The notes under the pieces were generated by a model, which saw only the letters and a program-made list of their open reading frames with translations, had not been told where the DNA came from and did not search any database. 64,000 nucleotides of DNA from Octopus vulgaris (Eukaryota), in NCBI GenBank assembly GCA_951406725.2, contig OX597820.1, positions 121,706,001 to 121,770,000 on the forward strand, in the 5' to 3' direction. Below are positions 11,770 through 25,023 of the stretch, piece by piece. Position numbers and translations under genes: made by a program. Numbering within the stretch: the stretch's first letter is position 1; the number at the start of each line of letters is the position of its first letter.

Positions 11770-11940
11770 TTGGAATTTACAAAAAAAAAAAGAGAACAAG
11801 ATAGGTGTCTAAACAACAAACATATGTCTTAGTTTAACGCTCCAGAATGTGAGAAAGTCTTTTACGTTTCGAGCCTACGCTCTTCAACAGAAAGGAACAC
11901 AGAAATAAGCAGAGAGAGAGAGAGAAAATAAATAGAGAAA
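11770..11940 (-). mobile_element. TA-associated repeat family fragment with HHR-like motif (also at 1-60, 13565-13670, 35345-35520)
   Basis: Shared ..ctttctgtWgaagagcgtaggctcgaaacgtaaaagac.. and/or gtcttcgtcttttgttt..gtaaatt segments among the four loci, all abutting TA-rich repeats. Confidence 0.65.
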
Positions 11941-11948
11941 ATACATAC

Positions 11949-12000
<52 letters not shown>

Positions 12001-13159
12001 CAGAGTGGAAAAAAGAGTACTAAAATACCAGAGGTAGAGTAAAATGCTTTATTTAAAATCATATATATATAAATACACACACACATAACCTGGTCTGCCA
12101 AGCTATACACACACTTACACGCACATAGCCAAACAAAACACACGCGCACACACACGTATGCATGTACAAATTCCAACATATGTGACACCTTAGAAGAAGC
12201 ATTAGGAGTAAGTCTGGGTTTTATAAAGCTTTTACCATATTCGAATATTTAAAGGCATTGGACAAGGTTGATACTCGTTGCCCTGAGCGACAGTAAATGC
12301 GAACAGGCCATGCCAGGTCTGAGTAAGCTTATTTTATTATCATGCAAAGACATGGTTGAGGAACCATAGTATCGGGTCAACCAAAGACTTTTAAGTAACA
12401 TTTGGTAGTCGATAGCTGTGTAGATTCCGTCAAAGGGGTTATTCCTTGTCTTTGGAGGGTGGACGGACCACGTTTAACCCTGTCCAATTTATCGCCACCT
12501 AATGGCTTTTCAGTGCCTTTAGCGAGGTGCTCTCAGTTCAAAACTTTCGGATCAGGTTTCCTGCCGGGAAACATCTACCTCGCAGCGCTCCTTAAACATT
12601 GGTATGGCGCTGCAATTCCTGTTCCAATACACCGTTCACAAAATTTCAAAGAATCAGGAAAGGACATAATACGCAATAAGCTCTTTTCTGAGAAATAGTT
12701 CGAATTTACACAATTAGACTCGCGGATCAATAAACATGACTTCTGGTAAGTCTAACACGAATCTAAATTACATAAACAGAGACTAACAACTCTGCCAATA
12801 TATCAAATTTAATTAAAATAATTAGCAGAAGTCGTTTCAAAGAAAACATCAATTTCTTTCGCTTTTTTTCTTTTCTTTTTATTTACCAAATGTGAACAGC
12901 AACAGAAAGAACAGCAACGTTATATCACCAGCCTTTATCGATCCATCAAGAAATATTTTGGGATCACTTGAAGAATCGTCATCAGTTTTCTTTGCGTGAA
13001 GAATCATCTCCACAGCCGTGAGTGTAGCATTTGGTACAATTGAAGTAAATATTAATGGCTTCTTTTGTGTTTTGCGTCTTTACTGCTAAAGTTTAAAGGG
13101 GAAATAAACAAAAACCTACACCGTTTTACAAAATAAACTGAGCTGCCAAAGCTGATCTT

Positions 13160-13560
13160 TTATCTTTTATCAATTGACTGCGGCCATGCTGGGGCACCAC
13201 CCTAAAAAATTTTTAGTCGAATGAATTGACCCCAGTACGTTTTTAATTTTTGACAAGCTTGGTACTTATTTCATCGGTCTCTTCTTGTCGAACCGTTAAG
13301 TTACGGAGACATAAACACACCTATACTCGTTGACAATTGGTGGTAGGGGACAAACAGACACATATTCGTTTACTTGTTTCTGTCATTTGACTGCGGCGTG
13401 CTGGAGCACTACCTCAAGGGGATTCTGTAATTATTCTATCAGTGTCTTTTGCCGAACTGCTACATTACGGAGTTGTAAATACACCGGCATCGGTTGTCAA
13501 GCGATAGTGGTAGTGGTGGTGGTGCGGGACAAAAACTGACACAAATGCACAAATATATAC
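13160..13560 (-). mobile_element. Two partial, degenerate SINE family B 3' halves
   Basis: ttgactgcggccatgctggggcacc and ttgactgcggcgtgctggagcact, each followed by the reverse complement of the family B body. Confidence 0.65.
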
Positions 13561-14519
13561 ATATATCGAAACGTAAAAGACTTTTCCATTCTTCCCGACC
13601 GTTAAACTAATACACTTCTTGTTCCTACATCTGTCTTCGTCTTTTGTTTTTTCTGTAAATTTGAACTATGTATTATATGTTCACGTGGCTATCCCAGTTT
13701 GATCCTGACTGAACTTTCTTCTCTCTTAGACTCACCTCTTAACTACTTCCCGAACTTTCACTACTGTTCCTCATCCACATACTAACACTCCACCCGGATT
13801 ACAACTGCATCTTCGTACTCTTTTGAAATCTACCTTCATAGCTCTCATTGTCTATGAACGTTGATGTAAATCGCTCTAATCTACCACGAATGCGCACCTT
13901 AGTTCGTTGGGATCACAATTATTATCTCCATTTGATTCAACATCCTTTTTATTGTCGCTTTCATTTAACTTCTTTTTTTCTAATCATCACACCATATTGG
14001 ACCGCTGAACTTCCACAGTTCTTCTCTCCAGTTTTTTTCCCTCTCCAAGATCTCTGAGAAGAAAAAACAACAATAACAACAACAACAACAACAACAACAG
14101 CAACACGAACAATAATAACCATCCATACAGGAAGTGCCAAAAATCGTTTTAAGTAGTACGTTACACGTATTGAGAAGAGCATTGAGGCTATGAAATTTCT
14201 TTCCGTTTTTGTCCCCCTATTTTTTGGTTTTCCTTTCTTTCAGTCAGTTTTTCTTTTTTCGATTTTTTATCATTCCTCTCTTTCTTTTCCTCTTTTTTCT
14301 ATGACATAACTTGGCTTTGTGAATTAATGGCTTACCAATGTATAAAAATGAGTTTCTTTGACCTAGGTGTCAGGAAGACACTCGGCATGAAATGGAAACA
14401 AAATTGAAAGAAGAAAGAGGAAAAATAACAATGATAATAATAATGACGGAGCAAGTGAAATCAAAAGAATTAAAAAGGGAAATGGAAATAATGATTCCAA
14501 ATTTTCGCACAAGGCCAAC

Positions 14520-14655
14520 AATTTGTGGGAAGGGTGTAAGACGATTGTATCCACCCTAACGCTCTGCTGGTACTTATTTTTCTCGACCCCCGAAGAGAGG
14601 AAATACAAAGTCTTTCTCGGTGGGATTTGAACTCTGAATGTAAAGATGGACGAAG
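14520..14655 (-). mobile_element. Degenerate SINE family A fragment
   Basis: ctggtacttattt..tcgacccc gaa..ctcggtgggatttgaactctgaatgtaaag. Confidence 0.6.
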
Positions 14656-14886
14656 CGCGGTATTAACTGCACCCTAAACCAAAGAAGAATTTACAAATTT
14701 CTGCCGAGAAAAATCTCAAGCGGTGAATAGCTAAGGTAAAGGAGAACTCCTCTGATCTGTGAAATATTGGCGGAGCGAGGCTCTCTGAGACTCAAAGGAC
14801 ATCTACAACAAATACAATGAGCTTATCTTACGCATAACAAACCCTAGCCATAACATTTCCATTGCCGATTTCTAAGACCATCTTTC

Positions 14887-14967
<81 letters not shown>

Positions 14968-15699
14968 TACACACATATGTATTTGAAATGGTAGGGTGAG
15001 TGGGAAACAGAATGAAAGAAAATGTGCTAAGAAACAACGAAATCACGATGGATATGAAAGAAGTAAAAATAAGCAAAAGAAGAGAAAAATCGAACATGAC
15101 AAAGCAATGTCAGAAAGAAAACAATCAAAGAAGCTGCAAAAAGAAACTGGAGTGAATAAATACATAAATAAAATAATATGGCAAGTATTCTTGTTTGAGA
15201 CTGTCTGAAGATGTTGGCTGTTTCAAAAAGCAATTCTAGTCAGGCTTCCTAACGTGAAGTTGAATTGATTTCAAATTGGTGCTGAAAGGCGGAGGTCACG
15301 ATGTAACACAGTGAAAGGTTATCTAACTCGTCTAACTTTTTTTCTTCCGTGATTTTCTTGATAATTTTACTATTATTTTATCTTTTTGTAGGGTGGCGAG
15401 ATTCCATACAGTACTTGTTTATATGTATGTGTGAGTGACTCATCGTTTATTTTTGTGCCTGTTTCTGCTAATACACACACATATTTTATGCATATATATA
15501 TATATATATGTGTATATACATATATATATATATATATATGTCTCACATCTTTTTTCTCTCTGTCGTACATATACACATACGTATAATATATGTGTGTGTG
15601 GATGTGTGTGTGTGGGTGTTTATATAAATCGTATTTAACAGTGGAGCTTGAAGTAAATAAATCTATAGATAATAGCGCGTAACTATTGGGTTAAAACCG

Positions 15700-16340
15700 G
15701 CTTAGATGAAAAATAGTCGAAGCCAGCCGTCAAGAGTTTTTCATCTAAGGAATTTTCAAGCCAATATTCTACACCCTATTTTTTATAGCCTTATGCACTT
15801 CGATTATCACTGTTAAAAAGCGATTTATTTCACGTCTCTCGAAGTTTTGAAATCCTTGTGAAGTAAACAACATGCAAATCTCGTTGGTAAGAATAATGCA
15901 TTTCAAATGGTTGGCGAAAATTCGCAGAGTTCCTTTGGTGCAATATTGGCACGTCTATCATGTTCACAGAAATGGGTTCGCGTCCTGTGAGCAACCGAAT
16001 TTTTCCTCTCTAAGGGATTTTTTAAACTTAATTTTCACAAGTGATTTCCTGCAACATGTCACAGCGGTATTTGGCTGTTAACATTCTGTGTCTTAATATG
16101 TCTGGACTAGAAACCTGTTTTCAGACAATTGTGTGACCACGGGACACATGGTTGCTATTTCTGTTATGCCAAGCGACCCTATTGCGCCTTTCTCTTTTAT
16201 TCTTATGTCCATATTTTGGTTCTAACCCAAAAATAAATGTAAGCCACTTTATCTGTATGCCATATGAATTGATGAAGGCAGACTTTCGTTCTTCACACAT
16301 TTGGTACAACTGGAATATTATTCCCATATTCTTGCTTTCC
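15700..16340. pseudogene. Possible highly decayed piggyBac-like transposase fragments
   Basis: Peptides DFLNLIFTSDFLQHV(+), EINRFLTVI..EYW....LLTAGF(-) and GIIFQLYQMCEERKSAFI(-) loosely resemble piggyBac motifs. Order and strand are inconsistent. Confidence 0.25.
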
Positions 16341-16434
16341 ATATGCTCTCACTCGTTCAGTTTTCCTCTCTCTCTCCCTTTCTCTTCCTCCCCCCTTTTA
16401 TGCGCAAATATATTGATATATCTTTATCTTTCGT

Positions 16435-16878
16435 TTTTACTTGTTACAATCACTTGATTGCGGCCATAGTGGAGCATTGCCTTCAAGAATGTTTTGTCAA
16501 ATGAATCGACCCCAATATTATTATTCTAAGTATGGTACTTATTTATCGGACGCTTTTGCCTAACCGGCAAGTTACGGACGTAAACAAACCAACGCCGGTT
16601 GTCAAGTGATAGTGCGGGACAAACACAGACACGAAGACACACTCACACACACAAACACAAACACTCTCTCTCACACACACACACACACACATACACACAT
16701 ATATATATATCTATATAACAACAGGATTCTTATTGTTTCCGTCAACAAAATCCAATCTCAAGGCTTTGGTAAGCCCGAGGCAATAAGAGAAAATACCTAC
16801 CCAAAGTGCCAAGCAGTAGACTGAACCCGGAACCTTGTGTTCGGGAGACAAGCTTCTTACCATACTGTTTCGCTTGCG
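16435..16878 (-). mobile_element. SINE family B, degenerate
   Basis: Reverse complement of the family B tail, body, internal CA/TA repeat and head (ctgaacccggaacc..cttacca). Confidence 0.75.
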
Positions 16879-17460
16879 TTTACATAAAAGACAGGGATTT
16901 ATTAACTTTGTTGTGTTTTCTTTCTCATACTAACAAACCATCACATCTCTCGCACTCTCTCTCGTTGTTCTTCATACATACATGATTTTCTCTCTCTAAA
17001 TTGTTTCATTTTTCGAATAATTCTTCTTTTACAGGCAATATTTCACAAATATCATCTAATAATATAATCACGTCCATGCAACATGCCAAGAATTACAGCT
17101 TAATCTCCCTGAAAATCACACTTCCCGTATTAAAGACAAAACATGGTGACGTGCCTCCACCAGTTTTGTTTCCTAATAATCATAATGAATTATAGATTTT
17201 AATGAAATTTTGTAAACATACGTTTCAAAGATAGGGATGATAATTACGCTGAGGAAAGACCTTTTAAATCAATTCTCTTTTAACACAAGAAAAAATTGAT
17301 ATTTCTTTGAGACACGCTGCGCAGCATAAACATCTGTGACATAAAACTTGTTAAGAATATTCTTTATCGATATGAAATAAGAAAGCAAGTTAAACATACA
17401 TTCATCTTTTATGCTTAGACTGCTAGAATAATTTGGAATATTATAAATAATAATAAAATA

Positions 17461-17870
17461 AGACCTTTTCGGTTTGAACGGCAGTTTTTTCTAGCGGTGT
17501 CATATGAAATTGTCACCCATAATTATGACCCTAGAATCGATCTATTGCATTTCTATCTGTTTTAGGGTTAGGGTTAAGGTTAGGGGTGGGGAAGGTTATC
17601 TTTTTTTCTTCACAAATGTAAATAAACCCAATCAGTTTCTTAAACGAGGGACATATTCATAAGGCACAGAATGTATTTTACCTCAATAGACGTCAGTGAT
17701 TGGTTGAAATTGTAGAAATTGAAGAAAAAAAACAACACATATCTTACAAACTATAGAATTTTCTCAATAAAGCCAAGAGAAAAAGATGTTTTATAAACAC
17801 CAGTATACGAAGTTTAAAATTCTTTAGTTACCTAGAAATTATGTTAAAAACTGCCATTCAAACCGAAAAT
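17461..17870 (+). mobile_element. MITE, Merlin-like (copy 2, eroded ends)
   Basis: cttttcggtttgaacggcag...ctgccattcaaaccgaaaa, with internal ttaggg repeats. Confidence 0.85.
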
Positions 17871-19139
17871 GTATTATTATTGTATCGATGAATGAATTAT
17901 TGAAGGTAAATATAAATTACGAAACTATTTTTGAATGTATCTTCTAATTTCGTGTTGATAACGGATAAAATCAGCTAAAAATAAAATTATAATTTTTTTT
18001 ATCTTGCGTAATAACCATAAATAATTTAATGATTAATTAAAAAGATATGAACTTTCTCAGTTAAAAGATTAATTTTAACATATTCGTCATCTACTTCTTC
18101 GGAAATGAATCTCAATAGTTTTATTGACAAAGATATGAAGGAAAAAAATTCGGTGGTGGAGGTTGTGCACCGAACTATTGTTATACAACATTTATGTAAT
18201 ATAGTCTGACAGATAGTTAAAATTAAATTGGTGTGGTCATAATTGGATCAAATCTCATCTTATGTGTTCACAATCAGAATTAGCCTTAAACTTCATAACA
18301 ATATTTCCATTTCTACTTCCCAACCTGCGTATGATATATTCATTTATAATGAATGCATGGAATTATATTTCAATAATCTTTCCTTCGATGGAAAATCTTC
18401 ACCGATTGAATTTCATACGATAAGCTTTAGTTCCACGACGAATGCTTTTTTATGGTCAATTAATGATGTCCTATAAAAGTTACTGAAGTCTAAAACCAAA
18501 ACACAGTCTATCGTACACAGCTTGAAAATATTGTATTTATCAATTCGCCATGACAGTCCACAGGTGGTCGGCAACTGAAGCAGTTATGTTCACACGAAGA
18601 GCTTCAAGGCGATGCCAATATCTTTTGGCGAAGTTATTCGAAGTTATTCAACAGAATTTCTCAAAATGCATAAGAAAAGTACAACATGCCTCCCAGGTAG
18701 AAACTAAAATCAAAACGAACAAAACGCACACACACACACAAATATATATACACATGCATGCATACACACACATGTATAAATGCACACACACACACATATA
18801 TATATATACATGCATGTATGTATATGCACAAGAAAATAATATATACATATATATATATTTTATGTATAGAATCTATAAGTGAAATCATGTTACGTGCATA
18901 TTCTAATTATGCTCTTTGCGCAAATATTATGCATTTGTGCGTAAGGGCATGAAATATCTAGTTACCTCGGTTTGTGCGTCACAGGTTCTTGTTACCTTTG
19001 TATGTGTGTGCGAAAACACGCTTCCTACATTACCGATAATCTGTGCCGCTGACTTCCTTTCAAGAAAACCTGATACGTACGGCCATCTTTTTGTTCCTTT
19101 CTTTACTGCTCTTGTTATATGTATTTAGTGATTTGTTTA

Positions 19140-19660
19140 TTTTGTATCGGATTGTTAACTTTATCATAATGATAAATGCATGGAATGCATTGTTGTTCGA
19201 GAGAAATTGCAAATAGGAACAATAAGAAAAATGCCATAAAGTCATCTACATGCAATTGGTCCTGTTCTTGCAATTGCTATAACCACGCAAATTCCCCATT
19301 AAATAATTTGTGTTTGGAAATTGACAGTTTATTGTGCAAAAGTATTTACATTGTGTAATTTAGTTCCTAAGTATTACAGCGGATTGACTGGGCATCGTTT
19401 TAAAATAAGGTTCAGGCAGCATCATCAGCTTTCAGTAATCTTGAAAGCGTTTCCACACAATTCTATAAAAATACATCTTATCTATAAGACATAGTATTCA
19501 AAAGCATAACATTTTTGGGGAAGATGTCAGAAAATATCAAATCTTGTAATCAAGATGACGAATGTTGTGATCTTCGAATTCCAAAGACAATGAATATGTT
19601 CTTATATAGAAATTTTGTTTAAACGTACGTACACAGCTAAAAATTATTAAGAAATATCGA
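19140..19660 (+). pseudogene. Decayed Penelope-like element linker plus GIY-YIG endonuclease (Naiad-like)
   Basis: Broken frames give CNCYNHANSPLNNLCLE, then KYYSGLTGHRFKIRFRQHH, then CDLR..K. This matches the PLE pattern CNC...CPL...CL / YxGLT..FK.RF..H / CxLC..EK. Confidence 0.65.
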
Positions 19661-19830
19661 AATATTTGTCGAAATACTGAAAGATAGTTGACTTACACTG
19701 AACAACCTCATTCTATATTTCTATGCGCTTTAAACAAATAAACATTTCAGACATGAATCTTAGATCCAATATATTATCTCTTAAATTAAAGATTTTCATT
19801 GAAATATTTCAAAATTCAGGATTGACGATC

Positions 19831-20250
19831 TATTTCTCTACTACCCACAAGGGGCTAAACACAGAGAGGACAAACAAGGACAGACAAACGGATTAAGTCG
19901 GTTACATCGACCCCCAGTGCGTAATTGGTACTTAATTTATCGATCCCGAAAGGAGGAAATGCGAAGTCGACCTCGGCGGAATTTGAATTCAGAACGTAAA
20001 GACAGACGGTATACTTATTTCTTTACTACCCACAAGGGGCTAAAACACAGAGGGGACAATCAAGGACAGACAAACGGATTAAGTCGATTACATCGACCCC
20101 AGTGCGTAATTGGTACTTAATTTATCGACCCCGAAAGGATGAAAGTCAAAGTCGACCTCGGCGGAATTTGAACTCAGAACGTAACGGCAGACGAAGTACG
20201 GCTACGCATTTCGCCCGGCGTGCTAACGTTTCTGCCAGCTCGCCGCCTTA
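19831..20250 (-). mobile_element. Dimeric SINE family A (full unit plus headless unit) with one TSD
   Basis: Unit with head at 20016-20250, second unit at 19831-20015. Flanked by caggattgacgatc (19817-19830) and caggatagacgatc (20254-20267). Confidence 0.88.
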
Positions 20251-20714
20251 TCCCAGGATAGACGATCATCGAACAATACAACGTAACACTTTTAGACGAC
20301 ACATCGATTACATCAAGTTATTTTTTTTTCTTTATGAATTTGCATATTTAATTTATTTCTTATATTATTATGTTTCGTTTAGTTCCGTCACTCGACGAGA
20401 AACGAAAACACGTGGAACTTAAAACGTAATTTGCAGATGAAAATTATTTTTATTGTTTCTTGTTCTTATTATTAATCTGTTGCGTCTGTGTGTCACTCAT
20501 TCGTATAAACCTGCCTCTGTACACACATGGCCCAGACCTTAGACGGTAAACTGAAATTACTTGGTATAAGGGGTGGGTGAGGTAAAAACAACAAAATACC
20601 GAACACCATAATCTAAAACACCTGGGTTGGAGTGCGAGGTGCTTGATATGCCGTGAGTAACACGGGGATAATGTACTGAAGACATAAGGCACATAAAGAA
20701 AGTTAATGGAGCCG

Positions 20715-20715
<1 letters not shown>

Positions 20716-20796
<81 letters not shown>

Positions 20797-20810
20797 TAAT
20801 AATAATAGTG

Positions 20811-20883
<73 letters not shown>

Positions 20884-20952
20884 TAATAATATGATGTAAT
20901 AATAGTCATCATGATGAGAAGAAAGAAAGTAAGAAAGAAAGAAAGAAAGAAA

Positions 20953-21004
<52 letters not shown>
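20716..21004. repeat. (AAT)n followed by (AGAA)n microsatellites
   Basis: Direct reading. Confidence 0.95.
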
Positions 21005-21006
<2 letters not shown>

Positions 21007-21401
21007 CGTACTTTGGACATAGCAATGTGTTTGTTGCTAAGAAACTAAAATGAGCAGATTCATCAAAATAGTCTCAGATGTTAGCATCATCCTGACATTC
21101 TAAGAATGTTTAATAAAGAAACTGTGTGTAAACTTTTAAAAAAACACTGGAAAAGTTTTCGGCCGAATTCCTCAGAATTGTACGTGAAGAATAGTTTTTC
21201 TCAGTGGTGACATTTAGTAATTCTTATATAGAAAAACGGATGATAACGTAAAGCTTCTACGGTAATCCCTGGTCATTTAAAGTTAACATGCTACACTTTC
21301 AATTGTTGATTACATATAAATCAGCCCTAATTAGCCAGAGGTATTCCACCCTTGACACTGCCTATTTATTTCACCCAAATTGCATACTTATTACCAGAAA
21401 C

Positions 21402-21884
21402 GGATCTTTTCGGTTTGAACGGCAATTTTATTCTAGCGGTGTCATATGAAATTGTCACCCATAATTATGACCCTAGTATCGATCTATTGCATTTCAATCT
21501 GTTTTAGAGTTAGAGTTAGTTAAGGTTAGTTAGGGTTAGTTAGGGTTAGGGTTAGTTAAGGTTAGTTAGGGTTAGTTAGGGTTAGGGGTGGGGGGGAAGA
21601 GTATCTTTTTTTCTTCACAAATGTAAATAAACCCAAAGTGTTTCTTAAACGTGGGACATATTCATACGGCACAGAATGTTTTTTACCTCAGTAAATGTCA
21701 CTGATTGGTTGAAATTGCAGAAATTGAAGAAAAAACAACAAATATCTTACAAACTATAGAATTTTCGCAATAAAGCCAAGAGAAAAAGATGTTTTATAAA
21801 CACATTCTACCAGTATAAGAAGTTAAAATTTTTTTAGTTACCTAGAAATTATGTTAAAAACTGCCGTTCAAACCGAAACGATCC
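21402..21884 (+). mobile_element. MITE, Merlin-like (copy 3, expanded TTAGGG/TTAG tract)
   Basis: GG-terminated TIRs and a perfect 8-bp TSD ccagaaac (21394-21401 and 21885-21892). Confidence 0.9.
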
Positions 21885-22679
21885 CCAGAAACTCCAAAAT
21901 GCCCCTATCACTTCGAGACTATAACATATTGTGCAATGTTACATTTAGTCCCGAGTCGATCTACATTCTACAAAGACATTCTACATCAGTAAGGTGAAGA
22001 ATGTATATTTACCGGAAGAAGTTTTTCATGTCTTCCTTTTTGTAGGACATCAGCCAAACGAAACAGTTAAGAACATCACTCGTCTGGTGATTGTATTGGT
22101 AATTCTAGCGTTCCTTAGATCTTGTAATGGTTAGGTGGTGGTAATAGGTGTTCTGCTGACAGTGCATGTGTTGTAAACACACACACACAAATACACACAC
22201 ACACACTTTTATTTCAGATTTTTGTCACTTTATATTTTAATAGCTGTAATAGTCTGAAGCAATATAAACTTTCATTAGAGCAACTTCCTGTTAAACTGCT
22301 TCACATTTCCTCTTCTTTCAACTCAACTTTTCTATACTTATTCACTTTCCTTTATAGCTAAACGTTTATATATGTGTATATATATATATATACACACATA
22401 TACAATGAGAGGGAGACACACACAGAAATAGAGAGGTGTGAGAATGAAAGAGTGGGAGAGATAACGTGTTCATATCTGACATGTTCCTCTCTTGTCTATT
22501 CGTATATTTTCTCACCTGGACCTTGTGCATTCTTATGTTTTCACACCTGGATACAGTTACAATTCAACATTAATTGCATGTTCTCAAACAAGCTTTCGCG
22601 ATAATATCGACGACAATAATGTTGATGATGATGGTGGGGGTGGGGTAGTGACGACGACGACGATGATGATGATGACGAC

Positions 22680-22717
<38 letters not shown>

Positions 22718-22834
22718 CTTCTAACATAAGCAAAGTGAAATAATTTTGGCGGAAGGTATGCCTCCCTCATTTCAGTTGTTCTTCCTTCGTCGGCGTCAAA
22801 TTTGAACCTCGTCAGAGTTTGAACCAAAATATAA

Positions 22835-23235
22835 CAGGACTGGCTGTGTGGTAAGTAGCTTGCTAACCAACCACATGGTTCCGGGTTCAGTCCCACTGCG
22901 TGGCATCTTGGGCAAGTGTCTTCTACTATAGCCCCGGGCCAACCAATGCCTTGTGAGTGGATTTGGTAGACGGAAACTGAAAGAAGCCTGTCGTATATAT
23001 GTATATATATGTATGTGTGTGTGTTTGTGTGTCTGTGTTTGTCCCTCTAGCAATGCTTGACAACCGATGCTGGTGTGTTTACGTCCCCGTCACTTAGCAG
23101 TTCGGCATAAGAGACCGATAGAATAAGTACTGGGCTTACAAAGAATAAGTCCCGGGGTCGAGTTGCTCGACTAAATGCAGTGCTCCAGCATGGCCGCAGT
23201 CAAATGACTGAAACAAGTAAAAGAGTAAAAGAGTA
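22835..23235 (+). mobile_element. tRNA-derived SINE family B, full length
   Basis: Head ggctgtgtggtaagtagcttgc, B-box-like ggttcagtccc, CORE-like atcttgggcaagtgtctt, internal TA/GT repeat, tail gactgaaacaagtaaaagag. Confidence 0.9.
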
Positions 23236-23415
23236 GAAGAGAGAGCACAACGGCTTTCATCCATCGCTATGCTGGTACCACCAATTCACTGCCATGCTTC
23301 GAATGTAACCATTGCTTTCTTCTTTAATGTTCCCACAATCTTATAAGGCGTGGTGGGCGAGGTGGAGACTTAATCGACGAAAATCAATCTGATTGGTTAT
23401 TTCATTGAAACTGGA

Positions 23416-23700
23416 ATGATGGTGGTGATGGTGGTGGTGGTGATTGTGATGGTGGTGGTGGTGGTGGTGATGATGGTGGTGGTGGTGGTGGTGGTGGTGG
23501 TGGTGGTGGTGGTGATGGTGGTGGTGGTGGTGGTGGTGGTAGTGGTGGTGGTGGTGGTGGTGGTGGTGGTGGTGGTGGTGGTGGCGGTGGTGGTGGTGGT
23601 GGTGGTGGTGGTGGTGGTGGTGGTGGTGGTGGCGGCGGCGGCGGTGGTGGTGGTGGTGGTGGTGGTGATGGTGGTGGTGGTGGTGGTAGTGGTGGTGATA
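23416..23700. repeat. (GGT)n microsatellite
   Basis: Direct reading. Confidence 0.95.
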
Positions 23701-24327
23701 CCTATGGCAGAGGTGTCTAGTGATAACGACGATGGCGCTGGTGCCTGGAGTGGTTGTGTTGGGTGGCGGTGCTTGTAGTAAGCGCTCACTGTTGGGATGT
23801 CTAAAGTGGTTCCGTGTCTGATGCGCTGGAGTCAGCAATGGCGTGTATGAGAGTGAATGGGGTTTGTTGCTGTTGCTGTTGCTGTTGCTCGGCTGACTTC
23901 ACTGCAATTATGTTTCGTTTACAACTTCTACCCGTAATTCGATTTTCATTATCTCCGTTGCTTTGACAAGTGAGTCTATTTACTGAGGATCCAAAATTCT
24001 TTCTTAACACAAACCAAAACTAAAATATTTACATCAGAAAATCGCTGACGGAAAATAACTTTGGGAAAACATTCTGCACGCTAAATAGTTTCATATTTAA
24101 CAAAAGAAAACAAAAAAAAAAAAGAGCGAGATACTCTGGTAAGTTCATCTCATTGAAAACTGGAGACGACACAGACAAGATGGAATTTTGTCAAATAATT
24201 AATTGAATGACTTCAGCGGGAGTCTAACCTATTTTTATTTCGAATAAATACATTCCGCTGTGGTAGTTTCCCCTCAAGTACTTCCTTTCTTTTATATTCT
24301 TCAGAACCAGCGTCACTTGACTCCTGT

Positions 24328-24374
<47 letters not shown>

Positions 24375-24444
24375 CGGTATGTGTGTGATGGAGTAAATGT
24401 ATGTATATAAATGTATCTCCATCTCTCTCTCTCTCTGTATATAG

Positions 24445-24477
<33 letters not shown>

Positions 24478-24800
24478 GGCGTGTGGCTTAGTGGTTAGGG
24501 CTTTCGGTTCACGGTCGTAAGTAAGGTCGTAAGTTCAATTCCCGGCGACGCGTTGTGCCCTTGAGCAAGACACTTTATTTCACGTTGCACCAGTCCGCTC
24601 AGCTGGCAAAAATGAGTTATACCTGCATTTCAAAGGGCCAGCCTTGTGATACTCTGTGTCACACTGAATCTTCCTGGGGAGTACGGTAAGGGTAGACGTG
24701 TGTCTGTGGAGTACTCAACCACTTGCACGTTAATTTCACGAGCAAGCTGTTCCGTTGATTGTATTAGTTGGGACCCACGCCGTCGTAACCGACAAGTGCT
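24478..24800 (+). mobile_element. tRNA-derived SINE family D head/core with the family C-type tail
   Basis: tggcttagtggttag..gttcaattccc, core cttgagcaagacactttatttcac as at 33582, and a tail tttcaaagggcc..ccacttgcacgttaatt..accgac matching 28280-28460. Confidence 0.8.
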
Positions 24801-24820
24801 CCTTATATATACATATGTAT

Positions 24821-24880
<60 letters not shown>

Positions 24881-24883
<3 letters not shown>

Positions 24884-25023
24884 GGTCCCGGGTTGATTCG
24901 GGGTTAACCACAGTAAATAAGGTACTCAATACATAGCAGAGTAAAATTAATTTATTATATAGAAGGAGCTTCTACAGGACTTGAATGAAACAGTTCTAGT
25001 CCTGTAGAAGCTCCTTCTATATA

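Noticed and set aside
12402-12698. 98-aa non-repetitive ORF
   Set aside because: No recognisable domain or splice context. Probably an old repeat or chance.
21507-21587. Telomeric repeats suggesting a chromosome end or fusion site
   Set aside because: They lie at the same internal position in each MITE copy.
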